Assembly (NCBI GenBank): GCA_945992255.1
Contig: CAMFVQ010000027.1
Coordinates: 24,026 to 88,025, forward strand
Direction: 5' to 3'
DNA: 64,000 nt
Source: an uncultured Clostridia bacterium
GTDB lineage: Bacteria; Bacillota; Clostridia; Christensenellales; UBA3700
The translations under genes and the position numbers were made by a program. The notes below the pieces were generated by a model that saw only the letters and a program-made list of their open reading frames with translations, was not told the origin of the DNA and ran no database searches. Numbering within the stretch: the first letter of the stretch is position 1; each line of letters opens with the position of its first letter. Shown here one piece after another: positions 49,414 to 58,576 of the stretch.

Positions 49414-50730
49414 ATGAATTTTAGAGATACATTGAACATTGGCAAAAATGGTCACTTGCAAATAGGTGGAGTTGATTGCGTAGATTTGGCTAAAAAATAT
49501 TCCACACCATTGTTTGTTATGGATGAAGCCTACATAAGAGCAGTTGCTCGTGCTTTTAAGAATACGGTGGAGACAACTTATGGCTATGGTGGTGTTGCGT
49601 ATGCTTCCAAAGCTTTCAGTTGTAAGGCAATTTATCAAGTGATGAAAGAAGAAGATATGAATATCGATGTTGTATCTGCCGGTGAAATTTATACAGCAAT
49701 TTGTAGTGGTTTTGATATATCTCGTGCATACTTCCATGGCAACAACAAGCTTGTCAGCGAGCTAGAATTTGCCATATCACATGACATTGGTCATATTGTG
49801 GTGGACAATCTTGAAGAAGTGGACCTCATTGATATGATTGCTGCCAAAAATCATGTTGTTCAAAAGGTGCTTATCCGTACCAATCCTGGTGTCGAGGCAC
49901 ATACTCACAGCTTTATACAAACAGCAAAAATTGATAGTAAATTTGGTTTTTCTATCAAAAATGGCGATGCAAAACAGGTTATTGACAAGATTTTAACCAA
50001 ACAAAATGTCGAGTTCGAGGGTGTGCATTGTCATATCGGTTCGCAGATTTTCGACAAGTCAGCATTTGCTTTGGCAGTCGATGTTATGACTGACTTTATT
50101 GCTCAGCTTGCAAAAGAAAATATAAAAGTAGCCGTGCTCAATATGGGCGGTGGTTTTGGCGTTCATTATAGTGGAGATGATCCAAAATTCGATATTGCAC
50201 AATATTGTGACTATGTTGCAACACTTACTTTCAAGCTCAATGAATGTATAAAATCAAAAGGCATTGACAAGCCTTATCTTATGATTGAGCCGGGTAGAAG
50301 TATTGTGGGCGAAGCAGGTATAACTTTGTATAGTGTGGGTGCTATCAAAGAAATCAAGGGCATCAAGAAGTATCTCAGCATTGATGGCGGTATGACAGAC
50401 AACATTCGCCCAGCTTTGTATGATGCACAATATGATGCAATCATTGCCAACAAAGCCGACCAAAAAGGTGAAGAAGTGGTGACTATCGCAGGTAAGTGTT
50501 GTGAAAGTGGCGACATAATTGTCAAAGATATTTGTTTGCCAAAGGCTGAGCGTGGCGATATCGTAGCCGTATTTACCACAGGTGCATATTGTTATTCTAT
50601 GGCTAGCAACTACAACCGCAACACAATTCCGCCTGTCGTGTTTGTCAAAGACGGCAAGAGCGCTTATGCGGTAAAACCACAAAATTTTGAAGATATTGTC
50701 AGAAATGATGTAGAGGTAAAATACGAATAA
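49414..50730 (+). CDS. lysA: diaminopimelate decarboxylase
   Basis: PLP-Lys context YASKAFS, plus EPGRSIVG and CESGD motifs. AGGAG RBS. Confidence 0.95.
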   Translation: MNFRDTLNIGKNGHLQIGGVDCVDLAKKYSTPLFVMDEAYIRAVARAFKNTVETTYGYGGVAYASKAFSCKAIYQVMKEEDMNIDVVSAGEIYTAICSGFDISRAYFHGNNKLVSELEFAISHDIGHIVVDNLEEVDLIDMIAAKNHVVQKVLIRTNPGVEAHTHSFIQTAKIDSKFGFSIKNGDAKQVIDKILTKQNVEFEGVHCHIGSQIFDKSAFALAVDVMTDFIAQLAKENIKVAVLNMGGGFGVHYSGDDPKFDIAQYCDYVATLTFKLNECIKSKGIDKPYLMIEPGRSIVGEAGITLYSVGAIKEIKGIKKYLSIDGGMTDNIRPALYDAQYDAIIANKADQKGEEVVTIAGKCCESGDIIVKDICLPKAERGDIVAVFTTGAYCYSMASNYNRNTIPPVVFVKDGKSAYAVKPQNFEDIVRNDVEVKYE

Positions 50731-51464
50731 TGTTTAGCATTATATCACAACTAAAAGAATATCCAAGACTTGCTATGTTGGCAGTTATTGCATTTTTGAT
50801 TGCTATCATTTTTGCAATTGTTTTGCACGAAATGGCGCATGGTTGGGTAGCTTATTGGAATGGTGACAACACTGCCAAAATGCGTGGTAGATTGTCGCTC
50901 AATCCGCTCAAACATATTGACCCAATCGGTATGCTTTTGATGTTGCTAGTTGGTTTTGGTTGGGCAAAGCCTGTGCCTATCGACCCAAGGAATTTTAGAG
51001 ATTACAAAAAAGGTATGATAACCGTATCGCTCGCAGGTGTTATCGCCAATTTTATAATGGCGTTTTTGTCGGCGTGCTTTTTGGCGATTGTTGTGGCTTG
51101 CACAAAAAATGTTGATTTGAATATCTACTATGGGCAGGACATAACAGCTGCACAATATGCATACTTTTTCTTCTCGTATTTGTTTAGATTTGGCATAACT
51201 TTCAACTTGACTTTGATGGCGTTCAACTTGTTGCCAATCTATCCGCTCGATGGATTTAGAATAGTGGAAACCCTTGCAAAACCTAACAACAGATATGTAG
51301 AATTTATGTACAAATATGGCAATTTCGCACTTTTGGGATTTTTGTTGCTGAGCAATGTGCTTGGTATGATATCTCCATATCTAAACATATTCGGTATGTA
51401 TATCAGTGCGGTGAACAGCGCAGTAAGTAAGCTGTTTAGCTTGATGTTCGGAGTAACAATTTAA
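50730..51464 (+). CDS. site-2 protease family (M50) membrane metalloprotease
   Basis: HEMAHG (HExxH) within a TM helix. Polytopic. Confidence 0.85.
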   Translation: MFSIISQLKEYPRLAMLAVIAFLIAIIFAIVLHEMAHGWVAYWNGDNTAKMRGRLSLNPLKHIDPIGMLLMLLVGFGWAKPVPIDPRNFRDYKKGMITVSLAGVIANFIMAFLSACFLAIVVACTKNVDLNIYYGQDITAAQYAYFFFSYLFRFGITFNLTLMAFNLLPIYPLDGFRIVETLAKPNNRYVEFMYKYGNFALLGFLLLSNVLGMISPYLNIFGMYISAVNSAVSKLFSLMFGVTI

Positions 51465-51472
51465 GGAGAATA

Positions 51473-52285
51473 ATGGCGAATTTTTTTGAGTATCACGCAA
51501 GTGATGTTGTAAAATTTAAGTTGGGTGATTTTGAAGGTCCTATCGACCTTCTGTATACGCTTATTGTCAAAGAGGGCAAGTATGACCTTCTCACTTTTCC
51601 GCTTGCCAAAATCACCAATCAATATATGGCTTATATGAGTCAAGTGGACGATTTGGATATTGATATTGCGTCTGACTTTGTGTCGGTTGCAGCGACTTTG
51701 CTCGAAATCAAGTCGAGAGATGCGCTTCCTAAGGAAGAAGAGTTTTTCGATGATGACAGTTGGGAAGATGAGGATGACCCCGAAGATTTGCTCAGACGAA
51801 GATTGCTTATGTATGCAATGTTCAAAGAGAAAAGCGATATGCTCAAAGAGCGAGAAACTATCAACAAGTTCAGCCGAAAACCAGTCTATACAGATGCCGA
51901 TGCTATCTATGTTATCAAGGACTTCAATCTCAACAATTTGATAGATGCTTACGGCAGAATGCTTATGAGAATGAGCGAGAAAGAATTGGCTTATGCGACC
52001 AAAAAAATTGCAAAAGATCCATATACTGTGGCTGAGAAAATCAGTTATATCACCACAAGGATTTTGAAAGAAAAGAAAGTCAAGTTCAGTGAGTTGTTCG
52101 ATGAAAATGTCCAACAAAACGAGAAAATCTCTACTTTCCAAGCCTTGCTAGAATTGATGAAAAAACAAGTGGTGAAGGCAAAACAAGAAACATTTTTAGA
52201 TGATATAGATATCGAGCTAAACGATGAAATTGATGAAAATAGCATTGATTTGCAATCATTGATGCAAACGGAGGAAGATAAGTGA
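51473..52285 (+). CDS. scpA: segregation and condensation protein A
   Basis: N-terminus FEGPIDLLYTLI is typical of ScpA. Followed by scpB with a 4-nt overlap. Confidence 0.9.
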   Translation: MANFFEYHASDVVKFKLGDFEGPIDLLYTLIVKEGKYDLLTFPLAKITNQYMAYMSQVDDLDIDIASDFVSVAATLLEIKSRDALPKEEEFFDDDSWEDEDDPEDLLRRRLLMYAMFKEKSDMLKERETINKFSRKPVYTDADAIYVIKDFNLNNLIDAYGRMLMRMSEKELAYATKKIAKDPYTVAEKISYITTRILKEKKVKFSELFDENVQQNEKISTFQALLELMKKQVVKAKQETFLDDIDIELNDEIDENSIDLQSLMQTEEDK

Positions 52286-53091
52286 AAAATTTGATAAATG
52301 TAGTGGAAGCCATAATTTTTGCGGCAGGCAGTCCAATCGAAAGAAAGGATATTTTGGCATCACTTCCAGAAGACGTGACCAAGAGAAATCTCAACGATGC
52401 GATAAGTGAGCTAGAACAAAAATATAGCGGAGAATGCGGCATAAGACTTGAAGTATTTGATGACAAAGTGCAATTTGCGACCAACAGTGAATATGGCGAG
52501 ATTGTGGCACAAGTTTTGCAACCTGTAAAGGAAAAAGAACTTAGCAAAATCCTTATCGAGGTGTTGTCGATTATAGCTTACAAACAACCTATTACTCGTA
52601 GCGAAATCGAAGAAATAAGAGGCGTAAGCCCAGATTATGCTATCAGTGTGCTACTCAAAACCGACCTTATCAAGAGTGTTGGTATCAAGCAAGCGCCGGG
52701 TAAACCTATTCTTTATGGTACAACTGATGAATTTTTGAAGAAATTCGAGCTACATACTATCGATGAACTTCCTGATTATGGCGAAGTGCTAAAACACCTT
52801 GTAGAATTTGGTAACTACAATGTCCAATCTGAGGGATTGTATAGAGAGGTTGACCTTGCAGATGATTTTGATGACAATGCACCTATGACTTCTAGCCAAA
52901 TGCAACAAGAAGATGAACTTGATGCTATGATGAAAGATGACTTAGACTTCTTGAAAGGTGAAAAGTTCGAGAGTTATGAATGCGATTTGAGCGATGAAGA
53001 ACTTGCAAAACTCGATGAGCAATTTACCAACGAAGAGAATGAAAGCATGGAAGATGTGGAAGAAGATGATGATGACAATATTGTAGTTTAG
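52282..53091 (+). CDS. scpB: segregation and condensation protein B with an acidic C-terminal extension
   Basis: Two winged-helix regions (AIIFAAGSPI; EIEEIRGV). About 80 extra acidic residues at the C-terminus. Confidence 0.9.
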   Translation: MKNLINVVEAIIFAAGSPIERKDILASLPEDVTKRNLNDAISELEQKYSGECGIRLEVFDDKVQFATNSEYGEIVAQVLQPVKEKELSKILIEVLSIIAYKQPITRSEIEEIRGVSPDYAISVLLKTDLIKSVGIKQAPGKPILYGTTDEFLKKFELHTIDELPDYGEVLKHLVEFGNYNVQSEGLYREVDLADDFDDNAPMTSSQMQQEDELDAMMKDDLDFLKGEKFESYECDLSDEELAKLDEQFTNEENESMEDVEEDDDDNIVV

Positions 53092-53172
53092 AATTGTGTT
53101 ATGATTGAAAGAAAACAATTATTTTATACGATTTTTTAATTATTAAAAATATAGAATAAACAACGAAAATTG

Positions 53173-53200
53173 CACCTAGCAGTAGCTGGGTGTATTTTTT
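53173..53200 (+). terminator. intrinsic terminator after scpB
   Basis: CACCTAGC-agta-GCTGGGTG (one G-U pair) followed by TATTTTTT. Confidence 0.7.
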
Positions 53201-53234
53201 GCATAAAATCTTCAAAAAATCGCAATATATAGGT

Positions 53235-53882
53235 ATGTTTTGGATGTATTGGTTGAGCATAATCGGAATATTTTTGGGAGTTGTTGCGGTGATTTTCATC
53301 GCTCTAGCTTTGTTTGGGCGACTTCAAATAATGTATTTTTGGGATAGAGAAAGCAGTTTGGGGTGTGTCGATATATTGCTCAATGGTAAAATATCATTGC
53401 TGAAAGTCAAGACACTTGAGTGCGGTGGTGATATTTGGTATCAGGTCGGAGGGCGAGAACTGACTAAAATTGAGCAAAATAACCCCAAAATAGCAACAAT
53501 TAACAAGAAATTTTGCAATAATAAATATGCAAAAGATGAACAATGCAATTTGAAAAAGAGCAAAAAGCATATAAAAGTAGGCAAGGTTGTACAAGATTGG
53601 TTGCCATTTAAGCAGGCTAGCTCGACAATGAATGTATTTTATAACAATATTGATTGTTTAGAATGCGGTATGGTGATAGGATTGAGCGAACTATATAGAC
53701 AATTGTATGCAAAAATTGCAGGTAAAATATTTGCTGGAGAAAATAGGTTTGAATTGATAAGCAGTTTTGACAATACCAATCAATTGAAAATAAATGGAAG
53801 GGTAGATATAAAATACGGCGGTATACAAATAATTTTTCGTGTGTTGCGTATGCTAATATTTAGAAGGAGATATTATGGATAA
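53235..53882 (+). CDS. YtfI-like (DUF2953-type) membrane protein; start uncertain
   Basis: N-terminal TM helix. Lies immediately upstream of, and overlaps, the ytfJ-like gene. The ORF-track GTG at 53190 lies inside the scpB terminator, so I preferred the ATG at 53235. Confidence 0.5.
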   Translation: MFWMYWLSIIGIFLGVVAVIFIALALFGRLQIMYFWDRESSLGCVDILLNGKISLLKVKTLECGGDIWYQVGGRELTKIEQNNPKIATINKKFCNNKYAKDEQCNLKKSKKHIKVGKVVQDWLPFKQASSTMNVFYNNIDCLECGMVIGLSELYRQLYAKIAGKIFAGENRFELISSFDNTNQLKINGRVDIKYGGIQIIFRVLRMLIFRRRYYG

Positions 53883-54228
53883 TATAGAGAATATTATGAC
53901 AACAGCTCTCAGCAATCTAAAAGGTATAGTTGCCGAAGATAGTACAATTGTTAAGCCTATTTATATGGCTGATGGGACAATCATTGTGCCAATGAACAAA
54001 ATATCTGTCGGTATAGCTAGCATAGGCGGAGAGATGAAAAGTGGTGGTGAAGATAAGAATATAAATATGCCGTTCGGCGGTGGCGGTGGTGGCGGAATAA
54101 ATATCACACCTATGGGATTTTTGGTATGTACTGATGGCAACTATTGTGTGGTTAGAACTGATGAAAAGGAGAAAATGGACAAATGGAAAGACTTGGTAAA
54201 CATCGCTTTGAAAAGCATAAAAAAATAG
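53875..54228 (+). CDS. ytfJ: GerW/YtfJ-family sporulation protein
   Basis: 117 aa: IVPMNKISVGIASIGGEM...PFGGGGGGGINITPMGFLV matches the family pattern. AAGGAG RBS. Confidence 0.85.
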   Translation: MDNIENIMTTALSNLKGIVAEDSTIVKPIYMADGTIIVPMNKISVGIASIGGEMKSGGEDKNINMPFGGGGGGGINITPMGFLVCTDGNYCVVRTDEKEKMDKWKDLVNIALKSIKK

Positions 54229-55655
54229 TATCCGACAAATTATACTTCTCAAATAAGTATTATATTGTAACAATATTTACAAATATAACACTATTGATTA
54301 TGCTATTATCGATTATTGCAAGCATAATGAGATTTTTGCCTAACACACAATCAACTTTCCAATTGTCCAATGTATCACTATGTTCTGAGCAAGATGAATT
54401 CCCCAAAGTGATGACATCAAATGACTTTGTAGACGACAAGGGCAAGGTTTTTGCTGGCAATGTTTGGCAATGTGACAGCAGTGATTGGGGATCTGATTGT
54501 GTGACTGAAAGCGGAGCAAATAGATTGGCAAATTGTAGTTTATCTCAGCCAAAACATAGCAATATATGTGCAGCAGGTTGCCATTATGATAGAGGTTGTT
54601 TTGCCAGTGGTGACAATTCTTCCGTTGTTGTTGAAAGAAAAAGTAGACAAATTTTATATGGACAAAATGTACATTTAGCAATGGGTATGGCAAGCACAAC
54701 AAAGATTATGACGGCACTTGTTGCGATAGAGAATTGTCCACTTGATAGGCTTGTAAAAATCCCTAAGCAGGCAGTTGGAGTGGAAGGCTCTTCTATTTAT
54801 CTAAAAGAAAATGAGCTTTGGTCGGTGCAAGATTTGCTGTATGGATTGATGTTACGCAGTGGCAACGATGCTGCTGTTGCACTTGCTGTTGAAATTGGTG
54901 GAAGTGTGGACAATTTTGTTGATATGATGAATGACAGAGTTGCCGCAATGGGGCTTGAACATACTCATTTTACCAATCCTCACGGACTGAGTGAATCGGG
55001 GCATTTTACGAGTAGTTTTGACCTTGCAATGATTACTTGTGAAGCTCTTGAAAATGTAGATTTTGCAAGGATTGTGAGTGCAAAAAGCTATGAAGTGCAA
55101 GGTAACGAAACGCACCCGAAAGTTGTGTTTTGTAACAAAAACAAAATGCTGGGTATGTTCGAGGGGTGCGATGGAGTTAAGACAGGATATACCAAAGCTA
55201 CCGGCAAGTGTCTAGTCAGCTCTGCAACTCGTGGAAATATGGCGTTGGTATGTGTTACGCTCAACAATCCAAATATGTGGCAAGAAAGTATATTTTCGCT
55301 CCAAAAAGCCTTCGATGAATACACGCTTGTCAAAGTTTTGGACAAAAATCAAGACTTGTTCGTGTTGGAAAGCGGTGACAAAAAATATCGATTTAGGGCC
55401 GACAATAATATCAATATTCCACTCAAAAAATCTGACAATGTGAATATAGATTATTGTATAGATTGCTCAGATGTTAAAACAATTAGTATTGATAAAATGC
55501 AAAATGTTGGTAAAGTCTATCTAAATATAAATAATTGCTTGATTTTTTGCGAAAAAATAAGTAGTATTGATAGTATAAAAGACAAGGCGATAATCAAGTC
55601 ATTGCCGAATGTTGTTGGCGATGGCTGTTTGGAAAATCAGTATGGAAAGACTTAA
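54183..55655 (+). CDS. D-alanyl-D-alanine carboxypeptidase (S11, DacB-like by position) with a Cys-rich N-terminal extension
   Basis: SxxK (STTK), SxN (SGND) and KTG (KTGYT) motifs. TM anchor, then a ~90-aa segment with 7 Cys before the catalytic domain. Confidence 0.85.
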   Translation: MERLGKHRFEKHKKIVSDKLYFSNKYYIVTIFTNITLLIMLLSIIASIMRFLPNTQSTFQLSNVSLCSEQDEFPKVMTSNDFVDDKGKVFAGNVWQCDSSDWGSDCVTESGANRLANCSLSQPKHSNICAAGCHYDRGCFASGDNSSVVVERKSRQILYGQNVHLAMGMASTTKIMTALVAIENCPLDRLVKIPKQAVGVEGSSIYLKENELWSVQDLLYGLMLRSGNDAAVALAVEIGGSVDNFVDMMNDRVAAMGLEHTHFTNPHGLSESGHFTSSFDLAMITCEALENVDFARIVSAKSYEVQGNETHPKVVFCNKNKMLGMFEGCDGVKTGYTKATGKCLVSSATRGNMALVCVTLNNPNMWQESIFSLQKAFDEYTLVKVLDKNQDLFVLESGDKKYRFRADNNINIPLKKSDNVNIDYCIDCSDVKTISIDKMQNVGKVYLNINNCLIFCEKISSIDSIKDKAIIKSLPNVVGDGCLENQYGKT

Positions 55656-56352
55656 CAAATTTTTGGCTCAAAGTGGTGTGGCATCTCGCCGTGGTGCAGA
55701 TGAACTTATTATGCAAGGCGTTGTCAAAGTGAACGGACAAGTGGTTGACAAACCTGGCAAAACTATCAATCCAGAAAAAGACGTTGTGGTATGCAACGGT
55801 CAAGTTATCAAGCCAATTTCTAAGTTTATCTATATACTTTTCAACAAGCCAAAGGGCTGTATAACAACTTGCAAAGATGAGCTAGGTCGCAAGACAATTT
55901 TTGATTATATCAAGCAAGATTTGCCGGGCGTTGTGCCAGTGGGTAGACTTGACTATGAGACAGAAGGCTTACTCATTTTGACCAATGATGGCAACCTTGC
56001 TCATTCGCTCACTCACCCAAGCCACGAAGTGCCAAAGACTTACCAAGTCAAGGTGGAGGGCGAGGTAAAAGAGCATGAGCTTGCCCAACTTAGAAAAGGC
56101 GTAGTCATCGATGGCGAAAAGACAAAGCGTTGTAAGGTCAAACTTATTGATTTCGAGGATAATATTTCTAAGTTGGAGATCACAATCACAGAGGGTAAGA
56201 ACCGACAAGTAAGAAAAATGTTTGAAGCAATCGGAAAAGAGGTATTTTTCCTAAGAAGAATTGCCATTGCCGATCTAAGACTTGGCGGACTATCTCGTGG
56301 CGGATATCGCTATCTCAACGATTTCGAGGTCGAGTATCTAAAAAGATTGTAA
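55642..56352 (+). CDS. rluB: pseudouridine synthase, RsuA/RluB family
   Basis: S4 domain (RLNKFLAQSGVASRR) and catalytic motif GRLDYETEGLL. I preferred the ATG at 55642. Confidence 0.88.
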   Translation: MERLNKFLAQSGVASRRGADELIMQGVVKVNGQVVDKPGKTINPEKDVVVCNGQVIKPISKFIYILFNKPKGCITTCKDELGRKTIFDYIKQDLPGVVPVGRLDYETEGLLILTNDGNLAHSLTHPSHEVPKTYQVKVEGEVKEHELAQLRKGVVIDGEKTKRCKVKLIDFEDNISKLEITITEGKNRQVRKMFEAIGKEVFFLRRIAIADLRLGGLSRGGYRYLNDFEVEYLKRL

Positions 56353-56360
56353 TACATACG

Positions 56361-56388
56361 GACAAGGTGAAAGCCTTGTCATTTTTTT
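56361..56388 (+). terminator. intrinsic terminator after rluB
   Basis: GACAAGG-tgaaag-CCTTGTC followed by ATTTTTTT. Confidence 0.85.
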
Positions 56389-56635
56389 GCAAATATAATA
56401 TTGATAATAAATTATGTTTTATCTAAAAGAAGATATGGTTTGGACTTGGCAAGCAGTGTTGGGGAGAGGTCGATTGGCTGACAATTTTTGCCGAATTTTG
56501 TCTTTTGACGATGTCGATATTGCCAAAATTTTGCGATAAATTGTTAAAAAGATAACAATAAGATATACAATTTTGTTGTATATTGTAAAATTATAAAAAT
56601 TTTTATCCATTTTTGCATTTTGCGGTCACTTTTTC

Positions 56636-56664
56636 TTGCAAAAATTTTGTCAAAAATATATAAT
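56636..56664 (+). promoter_or_regulatory. sigma-A promoter of the decarboxylase operon
   Basis: TTGCAA, 17 nt, TATAAT. Lies about 40 nt upstream of GGAGG and the ATG at 56707. Confidence 0.65.
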
Positions 56665-56706
56665 GCTAAATGAACAATTATAATTATAAACATATTGGAG
56701 GTTAAT

Positions 56707-58101
56707 ATGGAGAATAACAATCTCTCTGCGTTCTCAAAAGCACTTGACAATGCAAATTCTAAAATCAAGAAATTTGTGAATGGTATTGTTGATGCTGAGA
56801 GCTTTGTTGAGACAGATGCTTTTCTTAGTGGAAAGGGTTTTGACAGTGCGTTGGACGCATTGAGCGAAGGCGTTGTGACTGGTTATGCAACTATTGGTGG
56901 TATGCCTGTTCATCTTTTTGCTCAAAACACTGAAGTAATGAAAGGCAGTATGAGTCACGCTCAAGCACAAAAAATTGCAAAAGCTATGCAAAGAGCTGTG
57001 ACAGCAGGCGTTCCATTCGTATCAATTATTGATAGCTGTGGAGCTAGAGTTGGTGAGGGTGCTAGTATTATGGAAAGCTATGCAGAACTTATCACCAACA
57101 GCACAATTTTGGCAGACAATGTGCCACATATCGTTATCATCAAGGGCGTTGCCGTTGGTATGATGGCTACTTATGTTGCAGGTGCTGACTTTGTATTCAT
57201 GAGCGAAGATGGCATTTTGTCAGTTAATTCTCCAATGTATTTGGCTTCCGACAAACACGGATTCCCAGAAATCAAATCTATCGTTGGTTATGACAACTAC
57301 AAAGCTACTTCAGATTTGGCTCAATTCTCTTTCAAGAACGAAAAAGACCTTGCTGCAAAACTTGCTAAGCTTTTTGCAGTAGTTATGCCAGCTGATGAAG
57401 AAGAAGCAGAAGATGATGCTAACCGCATTGATCCAGCTCTCAACAAGCCTATGGCTGCTGACAAGCGTATTGCTAGCATTTGCGACAAGGGCAGTGTGGT
57501 AGAATTCAACAAAGATTTTGCAAGCGAAGTTGTTTGCTCACTCGGCAAAATCAATGGTATCAGTGTTGGTGTACTTGCTACAAGCGGTGACTATATCAGC
57601 GAAGAAGGACTCGAGAAAGCTGCTGATTTTGTAGCTAAGCTTGATTCTTTTGACCTTCCACTTGTTACACTTGTTGATACACTTGGCGTCAATCCATCAC
57701 TCGAACAAGAGCTCAGAGGTTTTGCAAAGAAAACTAACAAGCTTATGACCACTATCGCAACTTCTTCAATCGCGAAGATTGGTGTTGCAGTAGGCAATGC
57801 AGTTGGTTTTGGTTATAGCGCTTTGATGAGCAAGGCAGTAGGCTTTGGTTATACATTGGCTTGCGAGAATGCTGTTGTTAGCCCAATCGCTCCAAATACA
57901 GCAGTTGCTTCTCTTATGGCTGACCAAATCAAGAAAGCTGACAACCTCGACGAAATCAGAAAACAACTCGAAGAGCAATATGCTAAGATGCAAGCTAGTC
58001 CACTAGTTGCTGCTAAGGACGGCTATCTTGACAATGTTATCGAGGCTCAAAATATTAGACCTTATGTTGCATCTGCACTTTTGATGCTTCTTGGTTTGTG
58101 A
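56707..58101 (+). CDS. carboxyltransferase-domain protein (acyl-CoA 12S/MmdA/GcdA/PccB-like), divergent
   Basis: Two crotonase-like halves. The recognisable segment is GVVTGYATIGGMPVHLFAQN...IIDSCGARVGEG. 464 aa. Confidence 0.75.
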   Translation: MENNNLSAFSKALDNANSKIKKFVNGIVDAESFVETDAFLSGKGFDSALDALSEGVVTGYATIGGMPVHLFAQNTEVMKGSMSHAQAQKIAKAMQRAVTAGVPFVSIIDSCGARVGEGASIMESYAELITNSTILADNVPHIVIIKGVAVGMMATYVAGADFVFMSEDGILSVNSPMYLASDKHGFPEIKSIVGYDNYKATSDLAQFSFKNEKDLAAKLAKLFAVVMPADEEEAEDDANRIDPALNKPMAADKRIASICDKGSVVEFNKDFASEVVCSLGKINGISVGVLATSGDYISEEGLEKAADFVAKLDSFDLPLVTLVDTLGVNPSLEQELRGFAKKTNKLMTTIATSSIAKIGVAVGNAVGFGYSALMSKAVGFGYTLACENAVVSPIAPNTAVASLMADQIKKADNLDEIRKQLEEQYAKMQASPLVAAKDGYLDNVIEAQNIRPYVASALLMLLGL

Positions 58102-58109
58102 GGTAAAGC

Positions 58110-58556
58110 ATGAAAAAAGCAAAAATTATCATCTCAATAATTTTGCTTGTATGTATGGTTATGGCATTCACCGGCTGTGATCTAAATTATGGCAACCCAG
58201 ACAAGCTCGAAATCGGCAAGGCTGGTGTAGGCACAAGAATTCTTATTGGTCTACAAGTTGCTTTGATTGGTATCGGCATGGTATTTGTAGTGCTACTTAT
58301 GCTTATTTTGCTTGTAAAGCTTATGCAACTGTTGTTCCAAATTGACTTCAAGAAGCTATTTGCAAAGAAGCAAAAGAAAGAAGAACCAAAACAAGTGGAG
58401 TCACAACCACAACCAGCCCAAGATGCTGACATACAAGCTGAAGAAGAAGTAGTGGCAGTTATTATGGCATCACTCATCGCTTACTATGAGGCAAGCGGAG
58501 TAGAATACAAGAGCAACCTACCATTCAAGGTTCGTTCTATCAAACAAATCAAATAA
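58110..58556 (+). CDS. OadG-family (gamma/delta-like) small membrane subunit with an N-terminal lipoprotein-like signal
   Basis: OadG-like TM (LIGIGMVFVVLLMLILLV) and C-terminal VVAVIMASLIAYYE. The N-terminus MKKAKIIISIILLVCMVMAFTGC is lipobox-like. Confidence 0.7.
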   Translation: MKKAKIIISIILLVCMVMAFTGCDLNYGNPDKLEIGKAGVGTRILIGLQVALIGIGMVFVVLLMLILLVKLMQLLFQIDFKKLFAKKQKKEEPKQVESQPQPAQDADIQAEEEVVAVIMASLIAYYEASGVEYKSNLPFKVRSIKQIK

Positions 58557-58576
58557 TCGGATATAGGAGAAATAAT

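Noticed and set aside
53201-53229. Forespore-type promoter-like motif GCATA-17-CAATATA upstream of the ytfI-like gene
   Set aside because: The -10 deviates at a conserved position, and the implied transcription start would fall on or after the candidate ATG at 53235. It is too weak to report as a feature.
56441-56545. 34-codon ORF (MVWTWQAVLGRGRLADNFCRILSFDDVDIAKILR) in the rluB/decarboxylase spacer
   Set aside because: There is no convincing SD, it lies upstream of the operon promoter, and I recognise no family resemblance. It is treated as non-coding pending transcript data.
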